A DNA stretch of 64,000 nucleotides, from the NCBI GenBank assembly GCA_018303845.1, contig JAGVXH010000002.1, forward strand, positions 27,532-91,531. The letters are read 5' to 3'. Each line of letters begins with the position of its first letter. The first letter of the stretch is position 1. Below the pieces are notes generated by a model. The model saw only the letters and a program-made list of their open reading frames with translations. It was not told the origin of the DNA and searched no databases. Made by a program: the position numbers and the translations under genes. This document shows, piece after piece, positions 1 through 9,813 of the stretch. The stretch is from Candidatus Pacearchaeota archaeon. Its GTDB lineage: Archaea > Nanobdellota > Nanobdellia > Pacearchaeales > GW2011-AR1.

Positions 1-30
1 GCCTCTTAATTTTATAAACATATTGGCCAA

Positions 31-612
31 TCAATAATTCTCTACAAACAATTCATAATAAGCCCTATCATGTTTACACGCCGGACAAACTTCAGGCGCT
101 TCACTTCCCTCATGAACATATCCACAATTCCTGCATTTCCATTCAACAATACTATTCCGAACAAAAACCATCCCAGAATCAACATTATCTTTCAACTTCA
201 AATACCGTGCCTCATGCCTCTCTTCAACTTCAGCAATCTCCTTAAACGAATCAGCAACGTCATTAAACCCTTCCTCACGAGCAACCCTCTCAAACTCAGG
301 ATAAAGCTTACTCCACTCCTCCCTTTCTCCCTCAGCAGCAGAAAGCAAATTCTCCGACGTGTTTCCAATTTTCCCAGCAGGATAACTAGCAACAATCTCA
401 ACTTTGCCACCTTCTAAATACTTAAAAAAAATCTCTGCATGTTCTTTTTCATTATCGGCAGTCTCCTGAAAAATTCCAGCAATCTGTTCGAAACCCTCCT
501 TACGTGCAACCGAAGCAAAAAAAGTATAACGATTCCGAGCTTGACTCTCACCAGCAAATGCCTTCAACAAATTCTTTTCCGTCTTACTCCCCTTCATAAA
601 ATAAAAAAACAA
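31..612 (-). CDS. rbr: Rubrerythrin (ferritin-like diiron domain plus C-terminal rubredoxin-like CxxC..CxxC)
   Basis: The ORF translation has two E..EXXH diiron motifs and a C-terminal CRNCG..CPACK pair typical of rubrerythrins. Confidence 0.85.
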   Translation of the reverse strand: MFFYFMKGSKTEKNLLKAFAGESQARNRYTFFASVARKEGFEQIAGIFQETADNEKEHAEIFFKYLEGGKVEIVASYPAGKIGNTSENLLSAAEGEREEWSKLYPEFERVAREEGFNDVADSFKEIAEVEERHEARYLKLKDNVDSGMVFVRNSIVEWKCRNCGYVHEGSEAPEVCPACKHDRAYYELFVENY

Positions 613-678
613 AATCTCTTTTTATAGTTTTGGAATCAAAATAAAAAACTATAAATAAAAAAAATAAAAAATACAGGT

Positions 679-1131
679 CTAAATTTGATAACAAATATCT
701 TCAAACCACACCGGCTGAGTATCAACAACTTTAACAGGATATATTGGAGTAGTGTGAACAGACGTTCTCCAGCTAGGCAATCCGCAATTAGCATAACACT
801 GATATTCTATACAAATATACAACCCACTTCCCCCACCAACAGTAGCAATCTGAGCTGCAGTTAAACAACTCCCATCTCCATCTAAAAACTGGTCATCAGG
901 ACAAAGAGTAATAGTATTAGTATCAACCGCCCCTGCAGGAATAGTCCCACAATTATACCCAGTTATCGCATTACAAAGCGCATTATCGACAACAACTTCC
1001 CCAGAACTATGTCCCATAAGAGCAGGGCTACTCCCGCCATATCCATAAACAAATCCAACACCAACCAAAATAACAATCAAACCAATCCAAGCAAAATCCC
1101 TTTTCCCTAAACTAAACTTCACATCAACCAT
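679..1131 (-). CDS. Hypothetical small Cys-rich secreted or membrane-anchored protein
   Basis: There is an N-terminal TM segment after a charged start, followed by a Cys/Gly-rich ectodomain. I recognise no family. Confidence 0.4.
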   Translation of the reverse strand: MVDVKFSLGKRDFAWIGLIVILVGVGFVYGYGGSSPALMGHSSGEVVVDNALCNAITGYNCGTIPAGAVDTNTITLCPDDQFLDGDGSCLTAAQIATVGGGSGLYICIEYQCYANCGLPSWRTSVHTTPIYPVKVVDTQPVWFEDICYQI

Positions 1132-1222
1132 CTTACAATTATTAACAATAATTCTTTTAAATATATTCGTATTTCAAAAAAACAGTCCCAAGCCTTTTAT
1201 ACTAAAAACTCTAAATCAAATT

Positions 1223-2050
1223 ATGAAAAAAATCCCCCAAGACATAGTAGGCAACATCGCAATCCTAAAATTTCCAAGAACAACTCTTTGGATAATAAAA
1301 AAATTAAAAGCAATGTCTTTCCTAAAATCACATCCACATGTAACAACAGTAGTTGAAAAAATAGAAAAATTTTCTGGGGAGCTCAGAATTCCAACAACAA
1401 AATATCTAGCTGGAGAAAAAACATACACAGCCATCTACAAGGAAAACGATTGCACATTCAAATTCAACATCAATACAACTTACTTCTCCCCAAGACTGTC
1501 CAATGAAAGAAAAGTTATAGCAGATGAAGTTGGAAAACTCGTCCCCGAACAACCAAACAACCAGACTACCAAACAACCAGTTAAAATGTGCAACATCCTA
1601 GTCATGTTCGCAGGAATTGCCCCTTATCCAATCACAATAGCAAAATGCTTGCTAAAAGCTAATCGCCAAAAACTAAAGGCCAATTTCCACATCTACTCAA
1701 ATGAATTAAACCCAGAAGCAAATAAGTCAGCAAAAGAAAACATAATCCTAAACAAACTACAAAAAGAAATAACCCTCATCCCAGGAGACGCCAATAAAAT
1801 AAAATCCAAAAAAAAGTTCGACATTATCCTAATGCCAAGACCAAACCTAGAAGACACCTTCCTAAAATCAGCCTTAAAACTTTCGAAATCCGGAACAACA
1901 ATCTTCTATCACGGCTTCGGAACAGAAGAATCAGTCCTAAAAGAAATTAAAAAAGACGCTAAAGGAAAAATAGAAAAAATCAAAATCAGAAAAGCCGGAG
2001 ATATCGGACCCTACATTTTCCGTTGGCAAGCCCAATTCAAAGTAAAATAA
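1223..2050 (+). CDS. Trm5/Tyw2-family (Met-10+ like) tRNA methyltransferase
   Basis: It has the DIVGNIAIL N-terminal motif, FSPRLSNER, and a VMFAGIAPY SAM-binding segment characteristic of archaeal Trm5/Taw2 class I MTases. Confidence 0.65.
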   Translation: MKKIPQDIVGNIAILKFPRTTLWIIKKLKAMSFLKSHPHVTTVVEKIEKFSGELRIPTTKYLAGEKTYTAIYKENDCTFKFNINTTYFSPRLSNERKVIADEVGKLVPEQPNNQTTKQPVKMCNILVMFAGIAPYPITIAKCLLKANRQKLKANFHIYSNELNPEANKSAKENIILNKLQKEITLIPGDANKIKSKKKFDIILMPRPNLEDTFLKSALKLSKSGTTIFYHGFGTEESVLKEIKKDAKGKIEKIKIRKAGDIGPYIFRWQAQFKVK

Positions 2051-2170
2051 ATTACAACAAGCCTCCACTTTAGTGAGCCATCCAATTACAAAGTAATCGA
2101 GCCATCCAAAAAATTCATTTTTTGAACCACCCACCTTAGTGAGCCATCCAGCAAAGCTGAGCTAAAGTCA

Positions 2171-2309
2171 CGGCTTCGGAACAGAAGAATCAGTCTTAAA
2201 CGAAATCAAAAAAAACACCAATAGAAAAATAGGAAAAATAACCATAAGAAAAGCTGGGGATATCGGACCTTATTTATTTCGATGGCAAGCTAAATTCAAA
2301 ATCAAATAA
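2171..2309 (+). repeat. Direct duplicate (about 85 % identical) of the last 139 bp of the Trm5-like gene, including its stop; non-functional 3'-end copy
   Basis: Sequence 2171..2309 aligns base-for-base with 1912..2050 (cggcttcggaacagaagaatcag...ttcaaa.t.aaataa). A 120-bp spacer separates the two and itself contains two 20-bp direct repeats (c.ttagtgagccatcca at 2065-2085 and 2131-2150). Confidence 0.7.
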
Positions 2310-2586
2310 GAAAATCCTTTATCTTTTCTCCAAGCTGCCCTTCAGAGACAGAATTCCCTCTAATCTCATCGACAACCTCGCCATCTCTATAAAATTCCAA
2401 AAAGGGGAATGCAGATATCCCCTGCCCCAACATATACTGCCAATGCACACTCTCACCAGAACACAAAGCAATCAGATGTCCTTTATTCTCTTGCACAACA
2501 CTCGACAATTTAGAAAACTTATCATTAAGCCTGGAGCAATGCACACATCCATCCTTCCAAGAATAAACAATCTTCTTGTCAGCCAT
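2302..2586 (-). CDS. Thioredoxin-like protein (CVHC active site)
   Basis: Internal start MADKKIVYSWKDGCVHCSRL gives a roughly 94-aa thioredoxin-fold protein with a CxxC motif. The longer listed ORF (to 2757) overlaps the upstream gene and is probably not translated from its first ATG. Confidence 0.5.
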   Translation of the reverse strand: MADKKIVYSWKDGCVHCSRLNDKFSKLSSVVQENKGHLIALCSGESVHWQYMLGQGISAFPFLEFYRDGEVVDEIRGNSVSEGQLGEKIKDFLI

Positions 2587-2713
2587 AACATCCCCCCTTA
2601 ACTCCTTAACATTTATTCCATTAAGGGGGACCAAAAACCCAAGTTCATTCACTCTATAATTATTCATATTCATATTAATCGCAAAAAAAATTTGGTTTAT
2701 AAAAATTTGCATA

Positions 2714-4024
2714 CTAAAAATTCTCTTTCCTAATCGCCATCGGAGCCTCTCCGCCATGCCAAGTAAACCTAGGACGTATCCTCATTGGATAAATCCTTTC
2801 CGAATTATCATCCAAAATAATTGCCGAACCTTTCAGATGCGGCAACCCATTAAGCTTAGCCGCGATGTCAGACTTCATATAGCTCTGCGTAACATCATTT
2901 AAGGCATCAACATCAGCCCGAGCAGTAACCCTATGCGAAATAACAATGTCACTTTGAGTCATCGCATCTGTATGAATCTTCCCAGGTTGCTGCGTAGCCA
3001 AAACCATCGAAACCCCAGGTTGCCGACCCTCTCTCAAAAGCTGAACCAAAGCATCCGTCGCCGGCGTCTTCCCAACAGACTCATGCGCCAAAAACTCGTG
3101 AGCCTCATCAATGAAAATCCAGACCAAGGGCATCTCTCTCACAACCCGAAATCTCCCATAATCCGCCCCATGCGAAACAGCCGAAATCTCTTCCATCTTC
3201 CGAGCCTTCATTCTCTCATTAAAAATTTTCTTCGACACCAACCCAATAATCAAAGCCCGAACATTAAAAGACCCAAGTGAAGCATACATGGACAAATCAA
3301 TAACCGTAGTAACTCCAGCCTCAATCAAATCACGAACAGCCGTACCCTTTTCCTCATCAAAAACCTTCCAAGTATCAGCCGCATCAAAAAGCGCACTAAC
3401 AGCATTCTGGACATCCTGACTCACATTCCGAGCTCTCCCCACAAGACCATGAATCTCCTTAAACCCAAAACTTTTCCCTTCCTCTCGAAGCTCCGAAATA
3501 ACACCCTCAATCAAAACTGCCACCGGGTCAGTAAATTTCAATTCAAAAAGACTAACCCAATCACTAGCTTCCAATTCCGAAATCTTAATCGCAAACTCAG
3601 CATCGACATCAATCCCCTTATCCTTAAACTCATTATAATAACCAAACGGCGCAAAAACTTTTACATTAACATTCTTCTCACTAAGCCCCCATTCCCGAAG
3701 CAAATCCGCGTCCTTCGCATTCTTATACTTCATCGTCCAATAAATCCCCATAGTATCAAAAATTAAACTCGCAATATTCCCAGATTCCTCGACACCCAAA
3801 TCTCCAAGTGCCTCAGCCATCACACCTAAAGTATACGATTTACCACTTCCCCTCTTACCTGAAACCAAAACAACATGACTCCGCACAATATCCATATAAA
3901 TTGGATTCGATAAAGACGTGTAATTTCCCATCGTAACAAAACTCTTTCCCAAATACGCAAGCCCTCGCATCCCAAACGCTTCCCTATCACTTTTATTACG
4001 ACCAACAATTAAATCAAACGGCAT
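2714..4024 (-). CDS. HerA/FtsK-like P-loop ATPase (DUF87 / HerA central domain)
   Basis: Walker A is GKRGSGKS and Walker B is WIFIDEAHEF with HerA-like spacing. The likely start is MPFDLIVGR. Confidence 0.6.
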   Translation of the reverse strand: MPFDLIVGRNKSDREAFGMRGLAYLGKSFVTMGNYTSLSNPIYMDIVRSHVVLVSGKRGSGKSYTLGVMAEALGDLGVEESGNIASLIFDTMGIYWTMKYKNAKDADLLREWGLSEKNVNVKVFAPFGYYNEFKDKGIDVDAEFAIKISELEASDWVSLFELKFTDPVAVLIEGVISELREEGKSFGFKEIHGLVGRARNVSQDVQNAVSALFDAADTWKVFDEEKGTAVRDLIEAGVTTVIDLSMYASLGSFNVRALIIGLVSKKIFNERMKARKMEEISAVSHGADYGRFRVVREMPLVWIFIDEAHEFLAHESVGKTPATDALVQLLREGRQPGVSMVLATQQPGKIHTDAMTQSDIVISHRVTARADVDALNDVTQSYMKSDIAAKLNGLPHLKGSAIILDDNSERIYPMRIRPRFTWHGGEAPMAIRKENF

Positions 4025-4264
4025 AATAAAATAAAACAAATAAGCTTTATAATTATTTAGCAAAATCAAACAAGTTCACAAATTATTTTTTAAATTCAGA
4101 CGTCATATAAAAAATAACAAAGAAAAAAATTGAAGTATCGCTAATTAAATTCTCACCAAACATCTTTTTCGCTTAGACAAAAATACATCAAATAAATAAA
4201 AGTTATTATGCATAAAATCATGCACAACCAAAACCTTTAAATAGTTTAATTATCTAGTAGTAAC

Positions 4265-4477
4265 ATGGAATACAAACCAAACTACGAAACTTCTTCCCTC
4301 GGGAAGAAAATCGCAAATACAGGACTAGCCCTACTTGTTGCAGGAACCTTATTTGCAGGAATCGTTGGATGCACATCCACCGGAACCTACAATGTGCCAG
4401 TGGAGACATACCAGCATGAAGGTAGAGATGGTGGCGGAAACGGCGGCGGCGGAAACGGCGGCGGCGGAGAAGGCTAA
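4265..4477 (+). CDS. Small putative lipoprotein with Gly-rich C-terminal tail
   Basis: A hydrophobic N-terminus ends in AGIVGC (lipobox-like), followed by GGGNGGGGNGGGGEG. It is followed by a perfect hairpin. Confidence 0.35.
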   Translation: MEYKPNYETSSLGKKIANTGLALLVAGTLFAGIVGCTSTGTYNVPVETYQHEGRDGGGNGGGGNGGGGEG

Positions 4478-4491
4478 TTTTTTATTTTTAA

Positions 4492-4519
4492 AAAAGAACC
4501 TATTCTTATAGGTTCTTTT
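4492..4519. terminator. Perfect inverted repeat aaaagaacctat-tctt-ataggttctttt between convergent genes
   Basis: A 12-bp stem with a 4-nt loop flanked by T/A runs lies directly after the 4265..4477 stop and downstream of the minus-strand gene ending at 4579. Confidence 0.4.
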
Positions 4520-4578
4520 AATCTTATTCTAATCAATCGCTATAATACAAAATAAAAAAATATCCTTACCAATATTAT

Positions 4579-5946
4579 CTAAGGCCTAGGGCACACAAAA
4601 CTAATTCCACCTATATCATTTGAAGCATCATCATAAACACGCACATCATAATCCAAATCATTAAAGCACTGACTATTAGCAAATCCCACAGGATCTATGA
4701 CCAGTCCAAAAGTTCCAGATACTACCTCAATATTATAGATTTTCTCAAAACCAGTTTGGGTTGTCACCCTCTTCCAAACAGTCCCAGCAGCCTCGCCACT
4801 ATTACTAACACTAACCTTATAATTACACTTATTATAATAACATCCAGCGGCTGAATCATAAGTCAAAACCGTAGTCGTCTGAGCAATACTCGCACTCAAA
4901 ACCGCAACTCCCGATGTACCCACGACGCATTTTCCATTACTGCAAACTTTTCCACTAGAACACACACTGCAATTAACGCTTGCACCACAAATCGTTTGCG
5001 TTCCACATTCAAATCCTAAACTAGAACACGTATCATAACAAGACGCCCCAACACAAGATCTGGTACTATCTAAAACATATCCAGGCCAAAGAGAACAATC
5101 CGGAGAGGCCATTTTGCAACTCGTAATTTCATAAACATCATTCCAGCACTCATAACGTTCTTTAAAAAATCCACATCCACCCGTACTTCGCCCATGATCA
5201 TATGCATCACACTCATCATCAAAATTACTTACGCACCCTCCCTTGATAACCGGGCCATCTCCCCGGCAAACTCCTTCCTTGTACAAACTATCAACACACT
5301 CACCACCAACACAAATCTTTCCACGCGAACTACAATCATCGATTACACTTCCAACCCCCCAATTTAAACAACCATCCACATCTTCTACACAATTCTGTCC
5401 CAAAACCTTAACGCCATCAGCAGAACAATCAACAAGTAATCCAGCTGCCGAACACTCATCCACACAAAACCCTGAAGGAAGCTCGCCTTCCCAAAAAAAC
5501 AATCTAACCTTTTTAGGAGAATACACAGCATCAGGTCCTCCGCCAACCTCACTGGATATCACAATTTCCTCCACATAAACATCTTTATCTAAAGTAACAA
5601 TAAAAATTTTCGAATCCATTTTACAAAAATCTGTCAAATTCCCAAGATCACAAATCCGAAGAGAATATCCAAAAACATCTGGAATTTTTTCTTTAACAAA
5701 CGCATTCAACTTATCATAGCTAGGATCTCCCGGCGAATCATCCACAACACTCAAAACATCTAATCTCAAATCAGTCCGAAGAGCAATATCTGCCAAAATT
5801 TCCTTTTGCAAACTATAACTGTAATCACTAATCGTGACCTCCTCTCGAACCGACTGGTTCGAATAAACCGCAATCATAGCCCCGCTAACAATCATAACAG
5901 CAATCGTTGCCTCCAAAATACGAATCCATCCACTCTTCCCCTTCAT
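4579..5946 (-). CDS. Large Cys-rich secreted protein with pilin-like N-terminus (possible pilus-associated adhesin)
   Basis: The N-terminus MKGKSG/WIRILEATIAVMIV resembles a class III signal peptide. There are more than 40 Cys in the ectodomain. It is the first gene of the minus-strand pilus locus. Confidence 0.45.
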   Translation of the reverse strand: MKGKSGWIRILEATIAVMIVSGAMIAVYSNQSVREEVTISDYSYSLQKEILADIALRTDLRLDVLSVVDDSPGDPSYDKLNAFVKEKIPDVFGYSLRICDLGNLTDFCKMDSKIFIVTLDKDVYVEEIVISSEVGGGPDAVYSPKKVRLFFWEGELPSGFCVDECSAAGLLVDCSADGVKVLGQNCVEDVDGCLNWGVGSVIDDCSSRGKICVGGECVDSLYKEGVCRGDGPVIKGGCVSNFDDECDAYDHGRSTGGCGFFKERYECWNDVYEITSCKMASPDCSLWPGYVLDSTRSCVGASCYDTCSSLGFECGTQTICGASVNCSVCSSGKVCSNGKCVVGTSGVAVLSASIAQTTTVLTYDSAAGCYYNKCNYKVSVSNSGEAAGTVWKRVTTQTGFEKIYNIEVVSGTFGLVIDPVGFANSQCFNDLDYDVRVYDDASNDIGGISFVCPRP

Positions 5947-6096
5947 GTAAATATTTACTTATTTATTTTTATATACTTATCCATCAAGATAAATAAACCC
6001 ACAAATTAAAATTTTAAATTTCAATCTAAAAAAGCGTTAATCAAATTTTTCTCAAGTCTTTTTATCCAACAAAAATACATCAAATAAATCTAAGAC

Positions 6097-6801
6097 TTAC
6101 CAAATTCTAATACTAATCCGCTCGTTACTAACTTCCCCATTGCTCTTTAAAACCTTCACGACATAATCCTGAGCCAAAACATTGACGACATCAGGAATAT
6201 CATTACTGGGCTTCATCTCAACCTCACTCATCCCCTCAGGAACAATCGCAAAATCAAAAATATCAGCAACTCCCAAATCTCGCTTCAACCCGCTATAATC
6301 AGTATCATACCTGACCTTCATCGCCTGCAACTTAGAATAAGAAACAACCTCCAACTCAACAACCCCGCCCAATTCAAAATCAGTCAAATGCCCACACGTC
6401 GCAACTATCCCATCCGTAAACTCAGGAGAAATTGCAACCCTAAAAAAACTATCATCCTTTTTCAAATTCAACTCTCCTTCAACAAGATTAGAGTCAATAC
6501 TAGCTCCCCCAAGTCTAGTCACTAAACTACTCTCATCAGTAATAGCATATTTGAAAAGTTCACTGGGCAATTTAATATAAAAACAAGCCTTATCTCCAGT
6601 ATAATTAGTCTTCACAAAAACACTAGACAACTCAGTATTAACCTCATCACTAAATGAATCATAAACCCCCTCAAGCGCAGATTTCGGAAGTGACGAATCT
6701 TTCCATGGACTCAAAAACATAAACAGAAAAAATACAAATCCAATAAAAAACACAAATCCAATTATCATTTCAAAATGCCCCGAACCCTTCTTCCCTCTCA
6801 T
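6097..6801 (-). CDS. Pilin-like / pilus assembly protein with class-III-like signal
   Basis: N-terminus is KKGSGHFEMIIGFVFFIGFVFF, a charged-Gly cleavage context plus a hydrophobic helix, within the pilus locus. Confidence 0.4.
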   Translation of the reverse strand: MRGKKGSGHFEMIIGFVFFIGFVFFLFMFLSPWKDSSLPKSALEGVYDSFSDEVNTELSSVFVKTNYTGDKACFYIKLPSELFKYAITDESSLVTRLGGASIDSNLVEGELNLKKDDSFFRVAISPEFTDGIVATCGHLTDFELGGVVELEVVSYSKLQAMKVRYDTDYSGLKRDLGVADIFDFAIVPEGMSEVEMKPSNDIPDVVNVLAQDYVVKVLKSNGEVSNERISIRIW

Positions 6802-6842
6802 GTCAACAAAATACTTTTCTCATTTATATAACTATTCCCATT

Positions 6843-7670
6843 TTAACCAAACAATACCCGAGCCCCCATAGTAATCAAAAGCGTCACCGTGAGCAAAATA
6901 AACGAATGCCGAATCCCAGCCCTAATTGTCCCCTCCGAAATCTTCCCAATCACCAGTCCAGCAAAAAATGACTGCACTAACAACATCACAAAAAGTGGCA
7001 TAGAAAATTCCTCAGGATTCATCTGACTTATGCTCACGCTTAAACCTTCTCCAGTCTGCAAGTCCGAAACCAAGGGCAAAATCTTAAACTCCATAACAAG
7101 CATAATAATAATAAATACAAAAAAAATCATATAACCTTGAGTCACCAGATTCGAAACCGAAGCCTGTCTCTCCTTTCTCAAAGTCTCAACCTGAGTAACA
7201 GAACTCGCAACTGATTCCAAAATCATTTCAATATTTCCACCAGCCCGTTCAGCCTCACTAATCAAACCAACCGCCCTAGAAACAACTGGGCTATTCGTAT
7301 CCTTCGAAAAAGTAATCAAAGCATTAGTCAAAGTAATCCCAATCGTCAATTGATTCGCCAACTTAACAATATGAAAACTAAGTGTCCCATAATCTCTGCT
7401 CCTTAAATTAATAATACTCTTACTAATCGGAGTCCCCGACCGAACCATCTCAACAAGATCCCTAGTAAACTCCAAAAATTTCTCTTCCTTCTCACGCTGT
7501 CGAGCCTGCCCAAGCAAAAAACTAAGCATAAATGGAATAACCATAACCAAAAGAGAAATAACAAGTAAAAGATTCAACAAATCCCCAGAAAAAATCCCAA
7601 ACGAAGCGCCAGCCACAATAATCCCCGCTCCAATCCCCAGCCAATGCATCAAATCAAGCTTCATCCTCAC
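6843..7670 (-). CDS. TadC/FlaJ-like type II secretion system F-domain membrane protein (pilus platform protein, second half)
   Basis: Polytopic membrane protein with one T2SSF-like domain. Its start overlaps the stop of the upstream gene (ATGA). Confidence 0.55.
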   Translation of the reverse strand: MRMKLDLMHWLGIGAGIIVAGASFGIFSGDLLNLLLVISLLVMVIPFMLSFLLGQARQREKEEKFLEFTRDLVEMVRSGTPISKSIINLRSRDYGTLSFHIVKLANQLTIGITLTNALITFSKDTNSPVVSRAVGLISEAERAGGNIEMILESVASSVTQVETLRKERQASVSNLVTQGYMIFFVFIIIMLVMEFKILPLVSDLQTGEGLSVSISQMNPEEFSMPLFVMLLVQSFFAGLVIGKISEGTIRAGIRHSFILLTVTLLITMGARVLFG

Positions 7671-9154
7671 ATCCTCGGCTGCTTCATATTTAGTACTACA
7701 ATAAAAACAATATTCGTAACAACAATCGCGCCAATCGCCAAAAACATCAAACTAGTAATCCCAAGCCCACCCATGCCAAGCCCAGCCACATTCATAACAA
7801 TAAACATCATCATCAAAACAAGCGGAGCCGCAATCAAAATAGAAATATAAACATCCATAAAAGTCCCAGCCAATGCCGAATACTTTTGCCTTTCAAGTCG
7901 ATAATCAACCAAAAAACTTTCACTCTTCTTGTCCAAATAATTCTTCAATGCCCCACCACTAGAAATATTAGTAGCGAGCCCAGAAAACAATTCCGCTAAT
8001 TGTTTATTAGAAGTAGTCTTCGCAACATTCTTCAAGGACGTTACAATATCATACCCATAGACTTCAATTTGAACAACAATCTTCTTCATCTCAGCACCAA
8101 TATTCGGATATTCTACCGATGCCGCAATAATCTTAAAAATTTTTACAGGCGTAATATTAGACCCAGCAATCGCCGCCATATGAATCGTCGAAAAAGGCAA
8201 CTCATAAGAAACACTTTTATGCACAGAAGAAGCCTCACTCGAAGGATAAAAATAAAATCCAAACATAGTCAGCCCAACAAAACCAAAAGGCAAAAAGAAA
8301 TAAATCCAATTCGATAAACTAAAAAGCAACAAAAGCAAAAACATAAACACCCCAAAAACAAAAGCAATACAACAACTCATCATCGCCATCGACAAATAAC
8401 TCGAAAGTAAAATCGGAATATTCGCGTTCTTCAAATCCTTACTCACCTCATCAAACTGCCGACTCCACTTATCGCTAAACCTTCCGAAATATTTACTCGA
8501 AAAAACAATATACATATTCGGCTTCCAAGCATCTGCGCCTACTCCCTCTTCCTTAATCTTCTTAACTCCCTCCAACGCTTCTTCACTAAGTTTCAAAGTT
8601 TTAAGAAAATTTTTCCTATCCTCTTTGTTAATCGTAATAAATCTCTTCTCATTAGTAGCAGGCGAAACATAACTCATACTAACAGTCTTCTTCTCAATAG
8701 GTGCAGTCTCAATAACTTTAAGTTTTCCAGCCAACTTCTTAGCCTCTCCAGCATCACGACTCGCAATCAAATCCAATTTCTTAATTTCAGGCTTGGCAAC
8801 CAAGGGCTTCAAAGTTTTCCTCTCAGCAACCAAAGGCTTCGCAACAACAGACTCTGGCATCTCAGCAAAGGGACTCCACTCTTTCAATAACTCAGGCACT
8901 GCATTATTCAAATAATCCAACTGCTCAGCGAGAGCCTTCAAGCTCGTACCATAAAAAGCCCTATTCACCGGATCATTCCGATATCCAATCGCAATCGCTC
9001 GCATATCCATAATAATTTTTTTCTCTTGCTCCAAATTCCTCTTCAAATCCTCAAACATATTATGTTCTAAGTGCCTCCGAAATTTTCCGATGAATATCAA
9101 AAATAAAAACCCTAAGCTTATTCGCGCTAACACTATCATGCTTCTCAATCGCAA
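7667..9154 (-). CDS. TadB/FlaJ-like T2SSF-domain membrane protein with about 250-aa cytoplasmic N-terminal extension
   Basis: The C-terminal half has T2SSF-type TM topology. It is translationally coupled to the downstream TadC-like gene. Confidence 0.55.
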   Translation of the reverse strand: MRLRSMIVLARISLGFLFLIFIGKFRRHLEHNMFEDLKRNLEQEKKIIMDMRAIAIGYRNDPVNRAFYGTSLKALAEQLDYLNNAVPELLKEWSPFAEMPESVVAKPLVAERKTLKPLVAKPEIKKLDLIASRDAGEAKKLAGKLKVIETAPIEKKTVSMSYVSPATNEKRFITINKEDRKNFLKTLKLSEEALEGVKKIKEEGVGADAWKPNMYIVFSSKYFGRFSDKWSRQFDEVSKDLKNANIPILLSSYLSMAMMSCCIAFVFGVFMFLLLLLFSLSNWIYFFLPFGFVGLTMFGFYFYPSSEASSVHKSVSYELPFSTIHMAAIAGSNITPVKIFKIIAASVEYPNIGAEMKKIVVQIEVYGYDIVTSLKNVAKTTSNKQLAELFSGLATNISSGGALKNYLDKKSESFLVDYRLERQKYSALAGTFMDVYISILIAAPLVLMMMFIVMNVAGLGMGGLGITSLMFLAIGAIVVTNIVFIVVLNMKQPRM

Positions 9155-9245
9155 TCTCTAACTTCGAAATCCCATCTTCCATAGAATCAACTAATTGCCC
9201 AATAAATTCAACATCCATATATCACCCACAACTCCAAAAGAAACT

Positions 9246-9785
9246 CTATTTATTAACTTTATCCAGATAGCCCTGACAAACAAAACATTCATTTGGGAAA
9301 ATATCTTCCATAAAATTATTATTTAACTTAATTCCCTTAACAAACTCATTCCGCCTAATAGTATTTTTGCCATTATATTGCGCATAAAAGTCCAAACAAA
9401 ATGGAGACAAATTTTTTCCCTTAACTTTCATTTCCTCTCCCCCGAAAAAACACAACCGCTCATAAACATTACTACTTTCTCTAGAACAAAACCCCTGTTC
9501 AAAAAATAAACTACCAACCCTTTCATGCCCTCTCCCAAAATGAAGCGCCGCCATCTCTACTGGTTGCAATAAATAAAACTCTCCACGTTCAAGAATTTCC
9601 CCATCTTTAATCTTCATTATATAATCCAAAAACTTATCAAAAACAGAAGGCATCCTAGATTTAAAATCAGATAAACTCAAGAGATTTCCTTTACTCTCAA
9701 GACGCCCCAATGCATCATTTAAATTTCCAACAATTTTTTCAGGCGACTCAAAATAATGCGGAACAATTTCCATAAAACTATACAA
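9246..9785 (-). CDS. Hypothetical protein inside the pilus operon (possible Zn-binding, several Cys pairs)
   Basis: The ORF lies between the ATPase and platform genes and contains a CFVCQG motif. I recognise no family. Confidence 0.35.
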   Translation of the reverse strand: MYSFMEIVPHYFESPEKIVGNLNDALGRLESKGNLLSLSDFKSRMPSVFDKFLDYIMKIKDGEILERGEFYLLQPVEMAALHFGRGHERVGSLFFEQGFCSRESSNVYERLCFFGGEEMKVKGKNLSPFCLDFYAQYNGKNTIRRNEFVKGIKLNNNFMEDIFPNECFVCQGYLDKVNK

Positions 9786-9813
9786 CCCAACTCTTTATAA
9801 AAATTATTGCACT

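Noticed and set aside
70-417. 115-aa plus-strand ORF
   Set aside because: It is fully antisense to the well-supported rubrerythrin gene. It is low-complexity and has no motifs.
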